DNA from: a virus
Lineage: Duplodnaviria > Caudoviricetes
DNA: 63,107 bases
IMG/VR virus record: IMGVR_UViG_3300030104_000829
Location: 1 to 63,107 of that record
Direction: 5' to 3' (one strand)
A program made the position numbers and the translations under genes. Below, one piece after another: positions 25,935 through 35,462 of this stretch (position 1 is its first letter; each line of letters opens with the position of its first letter). A model generated the notes under the pieces. The model ran no database searches. It was not told the origin of the DNA and saw only the letters and a program-made list of their open reading frames with translations.

Positions 25935-28900
25935 ATGGCAAAAGTTAAAAATACTTTTATAAAATCCAAGATGAATAAAGACTTGGATGCTCGTATTATT
26001 GCTAACAATGAATACAGAAACGCTTTAAATGTACAAGTTAGTAAATCCGAAGGTGAAAATGTAGGTTCTTTAGAAAACGTATTAGGTAATAATTTAATAG
26101 CTAACGTAGCCGTACACACAGGTGTTAGTGGTTTGTATTGCATAGGACATGTAGAAGATGATTCTAATGGTAATATGTATTTATTTTTTACAAACTATTT
26201 AGATCAAGATCCAACCCAACTCAAGTATAGTTCAAGCGCTGAAAATTTTATATTAAAATGTAGCAGTTCTGGTGTATTAACAACACTGGTTAAAGGCGCT
26301 TTTTTAAATTTTTCAAAAACACATCTTATATACGGTATTAATATAGTTGAAAATTTATTATTTTGGACAGATAATAGAAACCAACCTAGAAAAATAAATA
26401 TAGATTTAGCTAATCCAACTAAACTTGCAATTCCAACTTATTATACTACAGAAGATCAAATATCTGTTGCCAAATACAATCCTTATAGCGCCATAGAGTT
26501 ATATGCTGAAAGTAAAGAATCTACAGCCCCTACAACTCAATACGAGACAACTATGAAGGATGTCACTAGTAAGTTTTATCCTAACGGTGGTAGTTCAAAA
26601 CTAAATACCCAAGCCTTATCAGGAGCAGCTAGCTTTGTAGTTAAAAATTTAAAAGGATATATAGCTCAAGCTCAAATACCTAATCCTTATGATAGTGGCG
26701 CTAACGTATCATATATAGATGCTTTAGGAAATATAGTACCAATACCTTCAGCATATGTTGATACCGTTGTTTATTCTGCTCCTGCTGGTGTTAATCCAGC
26801 TCTATGGACTGTTAATATATTAGGTGCAACTATACCTACAACGCTAGCAGCAGATACAGAAATAATTTTTAATTATAATAAATATTACGAAAAAGATTTT
26901 GCGGGTGATGACACTTATTTAGAAGATAAGTTTGTAAGATTTGCATATAGATTTAAATTTATAGATGATGAATATTCTTTATTCTCTACATTCACACAAT
27001 CTACATTTATACCTAGACAAGATGGGTATTTTATGTATGTTAAAGATGACGCTAGGGGAATGCCTGAGTTAGACGATCAAGCAGAGTCTTATAGAAGTAC
27101 TATAGTTTCTTTTGTAGAAAATAAAGTAGATAAAATACAACTAAGAATACCATTACCTTTTAAAAACTATGAATTAAAAGATAAATTGCTTTTAGAATCT
27201 ATTGATATACTATATAGAGAATCTGATCAAACAACTGTTAAAGTTGTTGATACAATAGAAGAGCAGGAAATTTTTAATCAATCAGCTAACTGTACCGTAA
27301 GAACAACTACCACGTCTAGTAATACTGTTTTAGTAGATAATGTAAAAGGAGGTATAAACGTAGGTAGTTATGTAACTGGTTTTGGTATAACTACAAATAT
27401 AACAGTAACTGCTTACCAACCTGATAATCCAAATATTAATCCTAGTACATCTGGTGAAATAACTTTAAGTTCACCTGTTTCTTTAGCTGCTAATGTAGAG
27501 TTAACTATAGGTGAACCTGAGTATTTTACATATGACTATCAGTCTCAAAAACCTTTTAAAACATTACCTGAAAAAGATTTAATAAGAGTTTATGACAAAA
27601 TACCTGTAAGAGCTTTAGCTCAAGAAGTTTCTGGTAACAGAGTTATATATGGTAATTTTTTAAATAAACACACTGCTCCTGATTTTATAGATTATCAAAC
27701 AGCTATTACAACTAAATCAGCATTTAACACATTAGAAGCACAGGGCGATGCTGTTGGACCTATTCCAATTGGATCTACACAAATAGAATTAATTAACATA
27801 AAAGATGTAATTTCTGTAGGTATGGTAGTTATATGTGACGGAGTTCCAGAAGGTACTTTAGTTACAGGTATAAATGCTACTACTATTGAAATAGACACGC
27901 CAACAACGGCTGTAATAGCTAACTTACAACTAGTTTTATTAGTTCCTGGTAGTGATATACAAAAAACAACTAGTAAAATAGAATATCCGAACTCTAGTGT
28001 AAAAACAAATAGAAATTATCAAATTGGAGTAGTGTTATCTGATAGATACGGTAGACAATCAGGTACTATTTTATCAAACAATAAAACAAGCATAACACTT
28101 CCAAATGGAGCTAGTTTTAAAGGTGATACTGCTTATTCCCCTTATAATGATGAAAACATAGACAATGATAGTTGGCCTGGAAACTCTATAAAAGTTTTAT
28201 TTAACAATGTTATAGGCGAGCAAAAAGACGCTCAATTAGCTTTACCTGGTGTTTATAATGGTGATCCTACGAGTGCAGATTATAATCCATTAGGTTGGTA
28301 TAGTTTTAAAATAGTTGTAAAACAAACAGAGCAAGATTATTACAATGTATATCTTCCTGGTATAATGGCATCGTATCCTAGCGACCAATCATTAGAAGTT
28401 GGTGAAACTTCACATACTGTTTTAATTAGTGATAATATAAATAAAGTACCAAGAGATTTAGTTGAAGTTGGTCCACAACAAGATCAATTTAGAGCATCTG
28501 TAAGGCTGTATGGAAGAGTTCAAAATTCTGCAACAAGTGTATCTGTAGGATCTACGAATTTAGGTTTAAGCAATGAACAGTATTATCCAGGTAGAACTTC
28601 TGATTTTGCTTCAACAGTTTCAACTGTAAGAGATTTATTTGATTACGATCCACAAACTCCACCTCAACCTAACTTTTTTCCTCAATTTTATTCATTAGAT
28701 TCAAATCCTTATATAGCAAGAATAAATACAGCTAATAAAATAGGTCAATTGTCTAATGTTAATTTTTCAGCAGTAAGTGGAACAGTGTCTATATCTGGAA
28801 CATCAAGTACTATAAGATTAAATAATGTTAGCGGAACAACTGGTACTATACTACCAGGAGATACAGTGCAAGGTCCAGGTTTTCCAAGTGATTTAACTTT

Positions 28901-31253
28901 AGTTAGTTTCACTGGAACTACTACTGGTCCTGCAGGTGTAGTAATGGCGGGTGCTTACACAGGCACAAGCATAACAGTAGCACCAGGCGGTGGTGCGATA
29001 GGTGGTATTACTGTAGGAATGATGGTAACAGCTGCTTCTGGTACACCTACAATACCCGCTGGCACAATAGTGTTAAATAAAGACGCAACAACTGCTGCTC
29101 CTAATGTTATTTTAGAACTTAATAACCCTGTTAACATTGGAGCGGCTGACACTCTTAACTTTACAACACCTGCTCAAATAGTAGTAAGTGAAGCTGTTGA
29201 CGCCTCAGTAGGTGATTTAGTTAATATATACAGTGCTGCAACACCTGGTATACAATATTTAGCTGTATATGAAACAGAACCAGTTGAAAGTTTATTAGAT
29301 ATATTCTGGGAAACCTCTACTACTGGACTAGTTAAAAGTATAAATGATATTGTTTTAAATGAAAATACTGGTGGATTAGGAGCTGCAGGATTAAATCAAT
29401 GGAATGATTCTCCTTTTTTAGAAAGTTTAACTTTTGATTTTGGAGGAACTAAACCAAGTATATTAACTGGACCTATATATCTAGTAAATAACTTTGACGT
29501 ACAAATACCAAACTCAGAAATAAATGAAGTTTTATCTTTAGATAGCGTTGTAGATGGTTATGGCACCAATGTGCAAACTGCTTATGATCAAGGACCTTGT
29601 TTTGCTTTTACAGAAACAGGTACTAACACGAATCAATTTAACGTAACTATAGATACTGGATTCATAGGTGGTCATACTTTAACACAAACTAACTCTGTTT
29701 GGTTTGGTACAGATCCTTTACTAAGAACATTTACTTTTACTTTTTCTGCAGTTGTAAATGGTTTGCCTTTTAACCAAAGCTTTACATCTACATTAGGAAA
29801 TGTAGCTCCTCATATTCCTACTGGAATTGGAGCTTCAATGAAAGTTTTAATACCAGAAACTACAACTATTATAAAAGTTTACGACGCTAGTGATACATCT
29901 GACACTATAGATGTTGGTGACACTGTAGAAGGTGTTGGTATTCCTCTAAATACTATAGCCACGGGCACTACTTTTAGCCCTCCTGGTGGACCTAGTCAAC
30001 TTTTACCTTTAGTGAACACAGTTTATCAATCAACAACATCAGAGCATTATGCTTGGGAAAACTCACTTCTAGTTGTCGGGTATGAACTTGTTGCCTTTAC
30101 ATTTCAGTATCAAACCCCAACAGGACCTTTCTACACACCTCCTGGTACGTATCTAGTATCTAAAACAACACTTGGTAGTGGTAATATACAATGTACGTGG
30201 AACAAAGCGATTAGTTTTGTATCTGGTACTGGCGGTGGAATACAGATAAGACCTCCAGCTACTTTAGAAGTCAATAATAGTTCTACTGTTACAAATGGTA
30301 CGCTTCTAGAAGTTTTAGACTCTGTTCTTTGGGATAACTGTCCTATTCCTACTATTTATCCTTTGTTTTTAGCTGTTGGTGAAAACCAAGGAGTACAGCC
30401 TACAGAAATAAGAGATTTAGGTTTATTAAAAGCTGTAAATGGAGCTGGCTGGAGAAACAATAGATTGGCTTCTGGTAATAGTAATTCTTATAAAGATTTA
30501 ACTTTTGAAATAACAGATCAAAGAGATAGTCTTGGCAACGTGGTAAATCACTTTGCTTTAGATCAAGCTAATCAAAGCTTTAATCTAGCTAGACAAGCAA
30601 CTATACCTTTAATAAATCAAGACTATCAAACTCCAAATGTAGCTACTGATGTTTACACAATAGAGTATAGAGTTTCTGATCCTACTGACTTTGTTGACTG
30701 TTCCGTTTTAGTAAACATGGGTATAAATATTAGTAAAGTTCAGCAATGGAGACTAGATGTTTACTATAGTAGCAACTGTACACCAGGTGGTAATACCGGT
30801 GTTACTGATTCATTCAAAGTTATAACGTTGTTAATGTCTAGACCGGGAGGCATGTTTGTTGGCGGCGATGGTTCTAATGGTTATTATGCATACATAGCAA
30901 ACTCTAATGGCGCGGGCCAATTTCCAAGCTGGACTCATTTAATATCTAATAGCTCGGCAAACAATATAGTTATCAGCGGAGCAGAATCGGGTCCTTCTGC
31001 TACTAATTGCGGATGGAGAGGTCCAAAATTAAATCTTGCAGACACATTGGTTCCAGGTGAGTACGTTGGATATGGTTTACTAAGTGACATCGCTCACGGT
31101 GGTGGTAATCCTGAAGATGGTTTATGTGGAAGCCCTGGTTGTTTTGTACAAGGTGGCCCAGATTCATTTACTTGGACTTTAGAAGCTGGATTTGGTACTA
31201 CTGTGCCCATAGAACCATCACCAACTAATTATGCGTTTTCATATCAAGAGTAA
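25935..31253 (+). CDS. tail stabilisation/nozzle protein with inserted domains
   Basis: KMNKDLDAR..NEYRNALN, LLFWTDNRNQPRKIN, GNRVIYGN. Confidence 0.7.
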   Translation: MAKVKNTFIKSKMNKDLDARIIANNEYRNALNVQVSKSEGENVGSLENVLGNNLIANVAVHTGVSGLYCIGHVEDDSNGNMYLFFTNYLDQDPTQLKYSSSAENFILKCSSSGVLTTLVKGAFLNFSKTHLIYGINIVENLLFWTDNRNQPRKINIDLANPTKLAIPTYYTTEDQISVAKYNPYSAIELYAESKESTAPTTQYETTMKDVTSKFYPNGGSSKLNTQALSGAASFVVKNLKGYIAQAQIPNPYDSGANVSYIDALGNIVPIPSAYVDTVVYSAPAGVNPALWTVNILGATIPTTLAADTEIIFNYNKYYEKDFAGDDTYLEDKFVRFAYRFKFIDDEYSLFSTFTQSTFIPRQDGYFMYVKDDARGMPELDDQAESYRSTIVSFVENKVDKIQLRIPLPFKNYELKDKLLLESIDILYRESDQTTVKVVDTIEEQEIFNQSANCTVRTTTTSSNTVLVDNVKGGINVGSYVTGFGITTNITVTAYQPDNPNINPSTSGEITLSSPVSLAANVELTIGEPEYFTYDYQSQKPFKTLPEKDLIRVYDKIPVRALAQEVSGNRVIYGNFLNKHTAPDFIDYQTAITTKSAFNTLEAQGDAVGPIPIGSTQIELINIKDVISVGMVVICDGVPEGTLVTGINATTIEIDTPTTAVIANLQLVLLVPGSDIQKTTSKIEYPNSSVKTNRNYQIGVVLSDRYGRQSGTILSNNKTSITLPNGASFKGDTAYSPYNDENIDNDSWPGNSIKVLFNNVIGEQKDAQLALPGVYNGDPTSADYNPLGWYSFKIVVKQTEQDYYNVYLPGIMASYPSDQSLEVGETSHTVLISDNINKVPRDLVEVGPQQDQFRASVRLYGRVQNSATSVSVGSTNLGLSNEQYYPGRTSDFASTVSTVRDLFDYDPQTPPQPNFFPQFYSLDSNPYIARINTANKIGQLSNVNFSAVSGTVSISGTSSTIRLNNVSGTTGTILPGDTVQGPGFPSDLTLVSFTGTTTGPAGVVMAGAYTGTSITVAPGGGAIGGITVGMMVTAASGTPTIPAGTIVLNKDATTAAPNVILELNNPVNIGAADTLNFTTPAQIVVSEAVDASVGDLVNIYSAATPGIQYLAVYETEPVESLLDIFWETSTTGLVKSINDIVLNENTGGLGAAGLNQWNDSPFLESLTFDFGGTKPSILTGPIYLVNNFDVQIPNSEINEVLSLDSVVDGYGTNVQTAYDQGPCFAFTETGTNTNQFNVTIDTGFIGGHTLTQTNSVWFGTDPLLRTFTFTFSAVVNGLPFNQSFTSTLGNVAPHIPTGIGASMKVLIPETTTIIKVYDASDTSDTIDVGDTVEGVGIPLNTIATGTTFSPPGGPSQLLPLVNTVYQSTTSEHYAWENSLLVVGYELVAFTFQYQTPTGPFYTPPGTYLVSKTTLGSGNIQCTWNKAISFVSGTGGGIQIRPPATLEVNNSSTVTNGTLLEVLDSVLWDNCPIPTIYPLFLAVGENQGVQPTEIRDLGLLKAVNGAGWRNNRLASGNSNSYKDLTFEITDQRDSLGNVVNHFALDQANQSFNLARQATIPLINQDYQTPNVATDVYTIEYRVSDPTDFVDCSVLVNMGINISKVQQWRLDVYYSSNCTPGGNTGVTDSFKVITLLMSRPGGMFVGGDGSNGYYAYIANSNGAGQFPSWTHLISNSSANNIVISGAESGPSATNCGWRGPKLNLADTLVPGEYVGYGLLSDIAHGGGNPEDGLCGSPGCFVQGGPDSFTWTLEAGFGTTVPIEPSPTNYAFSYQE

Positions 31254-31288
31254 GCGTAATTTATATAAAAAATAAGTAATAATTAAAT

Positions 31289-33151
31289 ATGGCTGCATCA
31301 GTAGAAGTTAAATACTTTAACACTTTTATTCTTAAAAAGACGAATAATGACGAAGAACCTATTTGGAACGGTTCTTTCGGCATACCCAATGATAGAGGTG
31401 GTTATCCTGTGATTACGGGTATAACAGGTAATAACAATTGGAATATTGAAGAATCTAGAATTAGAGGTGGTTATAATAATACTACTGTTGATTTTGGTGT
31501 AAAAGCTTATATAGTTGATGAAAACAATAGCGGTGCTTATAGATTAAGTTCTTTAATATATTCAGGTATATTTAACTCAAGAACAGGTATAAATCAAACT
31601 AATGTATTCTCAGTTGGTGAAGATATAACAAAAACAGCTGATCCTGCAAATGCATCTATACAAAAACTTTACGCAGAAGATACCAATTTAATAATTTTTC
31701 AAGAAGACAAAGTTAGTAGAGCTCTAATAGATAAAGATGCTATATATAGCGCTGAAGGTGGTGGTGCTGTTACATCTAGTAATTTAGTTATAGGAACAAT
31801 ACAGCCTTTTGGTGGTGAATACGGTATAAGCAAAAATCCTGAAAGTTTTGCTGTTTATGGTTATAATAAATATTTCTCTGATAAAAATAATAACGCTATA
31901 TTAAGACTTAGTGGAGGTAATATATCTGAAATATCTGCATTAGGTATGAGAGATTATTTTAGAGATGAATTAGACGCTATAGGCAATAAAGGCTTGGTTA
32001 TTGGTGGTTATGATATACACAACGATCAATATGTTGTTTCAACACAAGTACCTATAGATTCAAGCGCTACTAAAAAAGGGTTTTCAACTGTTTCATACGA
32101 CGAACAAGCACAAGGTTGGGTTAGCTTTTTCAGTTATACACCAGAGCAAGTTTTTAGTTTAAAAAACAAATTGTATACAGTTAAAGACGGAGGTGTGTAC
32201 CAGCATTATTCTACATCTGTAAATAGAGGTAGTTTTTATAGTGTAGAAACACCAAGCGAAGCAACAGTTGTATTCAATCCTGCACCAGATAATTCTAAAA
32301 CATTTAAAACTATAGGTTACGAAGGTAGTAATGGGTGGATGCTTAAGTCTTTATTTTCTGATTCAACTGGAAGAGATTACCAACCAAATGTAATAACTGT
32401 ATCAAATATTGACCAATCAAGTATAATTAGAAGTTATTATGGAGGAGAATACATACAAACAGGATCAAATGCAGCATGTGCACAAACAGTGACAGGGACA
32501 AGTGTAACTATATATTCTAATATTGATATACCAATTGGATCTTCTGTTGACAGTGCCGCTATAGCTGTTCCAGCGAACACAACAGTAACTAATCAAGTAG
32601 AAGTTATAGGTTTTGCAAGTATTCAATCTGTAGGTAACACTGTTACATTAACAAGTGCTTCTTATGTTATACCTGCTGGTGTTGTAATATCGGGTTCTGG
32701 TATAGAAACAGGCACAACAGTTGTATCTTATAACGCTTTAACGGGTGTTTTAGTTGCAAGCCAAGACATACAAGTAAATATAGGTTCGACTGTAACTTTT
32801 GAAGGTATAAGAGTTATATCTGTAAACAATGCTGTTCCTTTTGTTTTAAATGCAACTATAAGCTTTTCTAGTGTTACTAGTAGAGCTAATTATTTAAGTA
32901 CATTTGGCACAGAATACCCACCATATGATAAACAAAGAATAGGTTTTTCTAGAAAAGAAAATTATTATGTTTCTAATGTTGTAAACAATAGTGTACCTAG
33001 AGCTGGGGAAATTATATTTGGAGACTCAATGAGTGGTTTAAAAGGTTATTATACAACTGCCACTTTCTCTACAGATGATGTAACAGATGTTGGAGGAGAA
33101 AAACAATTATTTTTAGTTTCATCAGATTTTGTGATGGACAACGGTTATTAA
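31289..33151 (+). CDS. tail stabilisation protein, second part
   Basis: GEYGISKNPESFA, GWVSFFSY, KTFKTIGYEG beta-propeller-like motifs. Confidence 0.65.
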   Translation: MAASVEVKYFNTFILKKTNNDEEPIWNGSFGIPNDRGGYPVITGITGNNNWNIEESRIRGGYNNTTVDFGVKAYIVDENNSGAYRLSSLIYSGIFNSRTGINQTNVFSVGEDITKTADPANASIQKLYAEDTNLIIFQEDKVSRALIDKDAIYSAEGGGAVTSSNLVIGTIQPFGGEYGISKNPESFAVYGYNKYFSDKNNNAILRLSGGNISEISALGMRDYFRDELDAIGNKGLVIGGYDIHNDQYVVSTQVPIDSSATKKGFSTVSYDEQAQGWVSFFSYTPEQVFSLKNKLYTVKDGGVYQHYSTSVNRGSFYSVETPSEATVVFNPAPDNSKTFKTIGYEGSNGWMLKSLFSDSTGRDYQPNVITVSNIDQSSIIRSYYGGEYIQTGSNAACAQTVTGTSVTIYSNIDIPIGSSVDSAAIAVPANTTVTNQVEVIGFASIQSVGNTVTLTSASYVIPAGVVISGSGIETGTTVVSYNALTGVLVASQDIQVNIGSTVTFEGIRVISVNNAVPFVLNATISFSSVTSRANYLSTFGTEYPPYDKQRIGFSRKENYYVSNVVNNSVPRAGEIIFGDSMSGLKGYYTTATFSTDDVTDVGGEKQLFLVSSDFVMDNGY

Positions 33152-33161
33152 ATTAAATTAA

Positions 33162-33680
33162 ATGAGCAACTCCTTAATAAAACAAGAGTATACATTAGAG
33201 CAGCTAGAACATATAGAACGTTTTAGAGAGCTAATAATAGATTTTGAAGAACAACTTTTAAATTTACCAGGATCTTATGGCGACCCTAAAGAAGCTGGCA
33301 GAAATAAAATTGTTAACACAATAAATCCGTTAAAACATACTTTTGCTGATGGATTATATATTAGAGAAATATTTATGCCTAAAGGTCAAATAGTCTCTAC
33401 TGGTATACACAAAATAGAACACCCTTATTTTGTACAAAAAGGTGATATATCTGTTTTAACAGAAGAAGGTATAAAAAGAATAAAAGCGCCTTATAATGGC
33501 ATAACTAAACCAGGAACAAAAAGATTAATTTACATGCATGAAGACACTGTTTGGATAACTGTTCACGCAACAGATAAAAAAATACCAGAAGATGTTTTAG
33601 AAGATGTAATAGCAAAGGATTTTAATGATCCAGATATTAGTGTTGAAAATATGAAAAAACAATTAAAACTAAATAATTAA
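33162..33680 (+). CDS. cupin-fold protein
   Basis: HTFADGLYIREIFMPKG...HKIEH...PGTKR...WITVH. Confidence 0.65.
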   Translation: MSNSLIKQEYTLEQLEHIERFRELIIDFEEQLLNLPGSYGDPKEAGRNKIVNTINPLKHTFADGLYIREIFMPKGQIVSTGIHKIEHPYFVQKGDISVLTEEGIKRIKAPYNGITKPGTKRLIYMHEDTVWITVHATDKKIPEDVLEDVIAKDFNDPDISVENMKKQLKLNN

Positions 33681-33684
33681 TAAT

Positions 33685-34350
33685 ATGAGTGTAGTAGCAG
33701 CCGGGATTGGCACAGCAATAAATATCGGTGCGGGTATTTTTGGAGCTAGTAAAGCTCGAAAAGAAGCTCGTAGAAGAGCTAGACAAGCTAGGCTTTTAGA
33801 AAAAAAATTAAAGCGGCTTGAAGATAACCGTCAAGAAATAATAAATCCATACGCTGGTGTTACTGATCTTAGCAACATGTTATCTAATCCTTTCGCTAAT
33901 TTAAGCGTAGCAACACAAGCTACTGAAATTAAAATGGAACAAACTGATCAAGCTTTAGCTAATACTTTAGATACATTAAGAGCTACTGGTGCTTCAGCTG
34001 GTGGGGCAACCGCGCTTGCACAAGCTGCTTTACAAGCTAAAAAAGGTATTGCTTCGGATATAGAAAGACAAGAGGTTAATAACGAGCAGCAGAGAGCCGC
34101 TGGAGAGCAAAGACTTCAAAGCCAGCAAATGTCAGAAGCACAAAGAATACAGCAAGCAGATGTACAAGGAGACTTGTTCCAGTTCGAGCAAAGAGAAATT
34201 AGAGAAACAACTCAATTAGATAGAGTTGCTAATCAAATAGCAGCTTTAAGAGGTCAAGAAGCTCAAGCAAGAAGAGATGAAACTAGCGCAATAACTGGAG
34301 CTATTGGATCTGTAGCTGGAATAGTAGGAGGCTTAGGAGGTAAATTATAA
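33685..34350 (+). CDS. putative ejection/internal virion protein
   Basis: Gly/Ala-rich termini, Gln/Ala coiled coil. Confidence 0.6.
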   Translation: MSVVAAGIGTAINIGAGIFGASKARKEARRRARQARLLEKKLKRLEDNRQEIINPYAGVTDLSNMLSNPFANLSVATQATEIKMEQTDQALANTLDTLRATGASAGGATALAQAALQAKKGIASDIERQEVNNEQQRAAGEQRLQSQQMSEAQRIQQADVQGDLFQFEQREIRETTQLDRVANQIAALRGQEAQARRDETSAITGAIGSVAGIVGGLGGKL

Positions 34351-34354
34351 TAAA

Positions 34355-35452
34355 ATGGAGAATAAAAACATTACATACAATCTTACGATTAAACAAACTA
34401 ATCAGAGTAATGCACTCGCATATGATAAAAATTACGTTGCCGCTAACATAGACACTTCTTTTGGTATACTAGATAACGCTTATAAAGGAACTGGAAAATT
34501 TTATGCTAAATTAAAAACAGCTATAGATTCGGGTAAATGTATTAGTGAAAACTGTGATTATGAATATAAACAATTACAGAGACTTAAAAATGCTCCGCAA
34601 AAATCTTTAGATTTTATAAAATCTGTTGTTGATCAATTATCTGTTACTGAAGACCAATATTATGATGTTAATAATGATTATTCTTTTATGGTTGCTAATT
34701 GCATTATGACAAATAAACCAGGTTTTTCTAAAACAGAAGGATATAATGTTTATTTAAATTTACTAGAAGATAATTCTCAACAATTAGTTTTTGAAGGTCC
34801 AATGCTAGAAAGGCCGTTAGAAATAAATAGTAACACATTAAAAGCTTTATTAGATGCTAACACTGATTTAATAGCTACTACGCCTGATATTAACAAAGAC
34901 ATGCTAAGACTTTTAACTGAAGTTGGTGTTTTAGCAAAAGGATCTGCTGATGAAGAAGGTAATTTAATGCCTAATGCTGCTATAGCTGACGAATTTATAC
35001 TTAAAAATTCTGATGGTAGTTATGATTATGAAATTATAGACATAGGCATGGGTAAAGGTAGAAACATATTGAAATTTGATTTAGATAAAATTAAAAGAAA
35101 AGCTAAACCTTTTATAAATGCTGAGGTAGCAGGTTTAATGCAACAAGAACAAGAAGTTATAGCTGCCTGGAATGTTTTTATAGCTAAAGGTTCTAGTGAA
35201 GAAGAAGATGACCAAATGATGCAAAATGCAAATGCGGGTAGTTTAGCATGGTCTTATGAAAGAGATTTACCTTTATCTCAAGATAAAAAAATACAATTTG
35301 AAAATAATTACATAAATTATTTTATGAAAAATTATTTAAAACAATTTATTACAAATAAATTACCTATAGTTGAGCAAGACGCTGCTGTATTTGATTTAGC
35401 TGAAGCTAAAAAAGCTAAAGCCCAAAAGTTCATTGATGATAACAAACTTTAA
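34355..35452 (+). CDS. putative internal virion protein
   Basis: 365-aa ORF in cargo cluster. Confidence 0.55.
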   Translation: MENKNITYNLTIKQTNQSNALAYDKNYVAANIDTSFGILDNAYKGTGKFYAKLKTAIDSGKCISENCDYEYKQLQRLKNAPQKSLDFIKSVVDQLSVTEDQYYDVNNDYSFMVANCIMTNKPGFSKTEGYNVYLNLLEDNSQQLVFEGPMLERPLEINSNTLKALLDANTDLIATTPDINKDMLRLLTEVGVLAKGSADEEGNLMPNAAIADEFILKNSDGSYDYEIIDIGMGKGRNILKFDLDKIKRKAKPFINAEVAGLMQQEQEVIAAWNVFIAKGSSEEEDDQMMQNANAGSLAWSYERDLPLSQDKKIQFENNYINYFMKNYLKQFITNKLPIVEQDAAVFDLAEAKKAKAQKFIDDNKL

Positions 35453-35462
35453 ATTAAATTAA

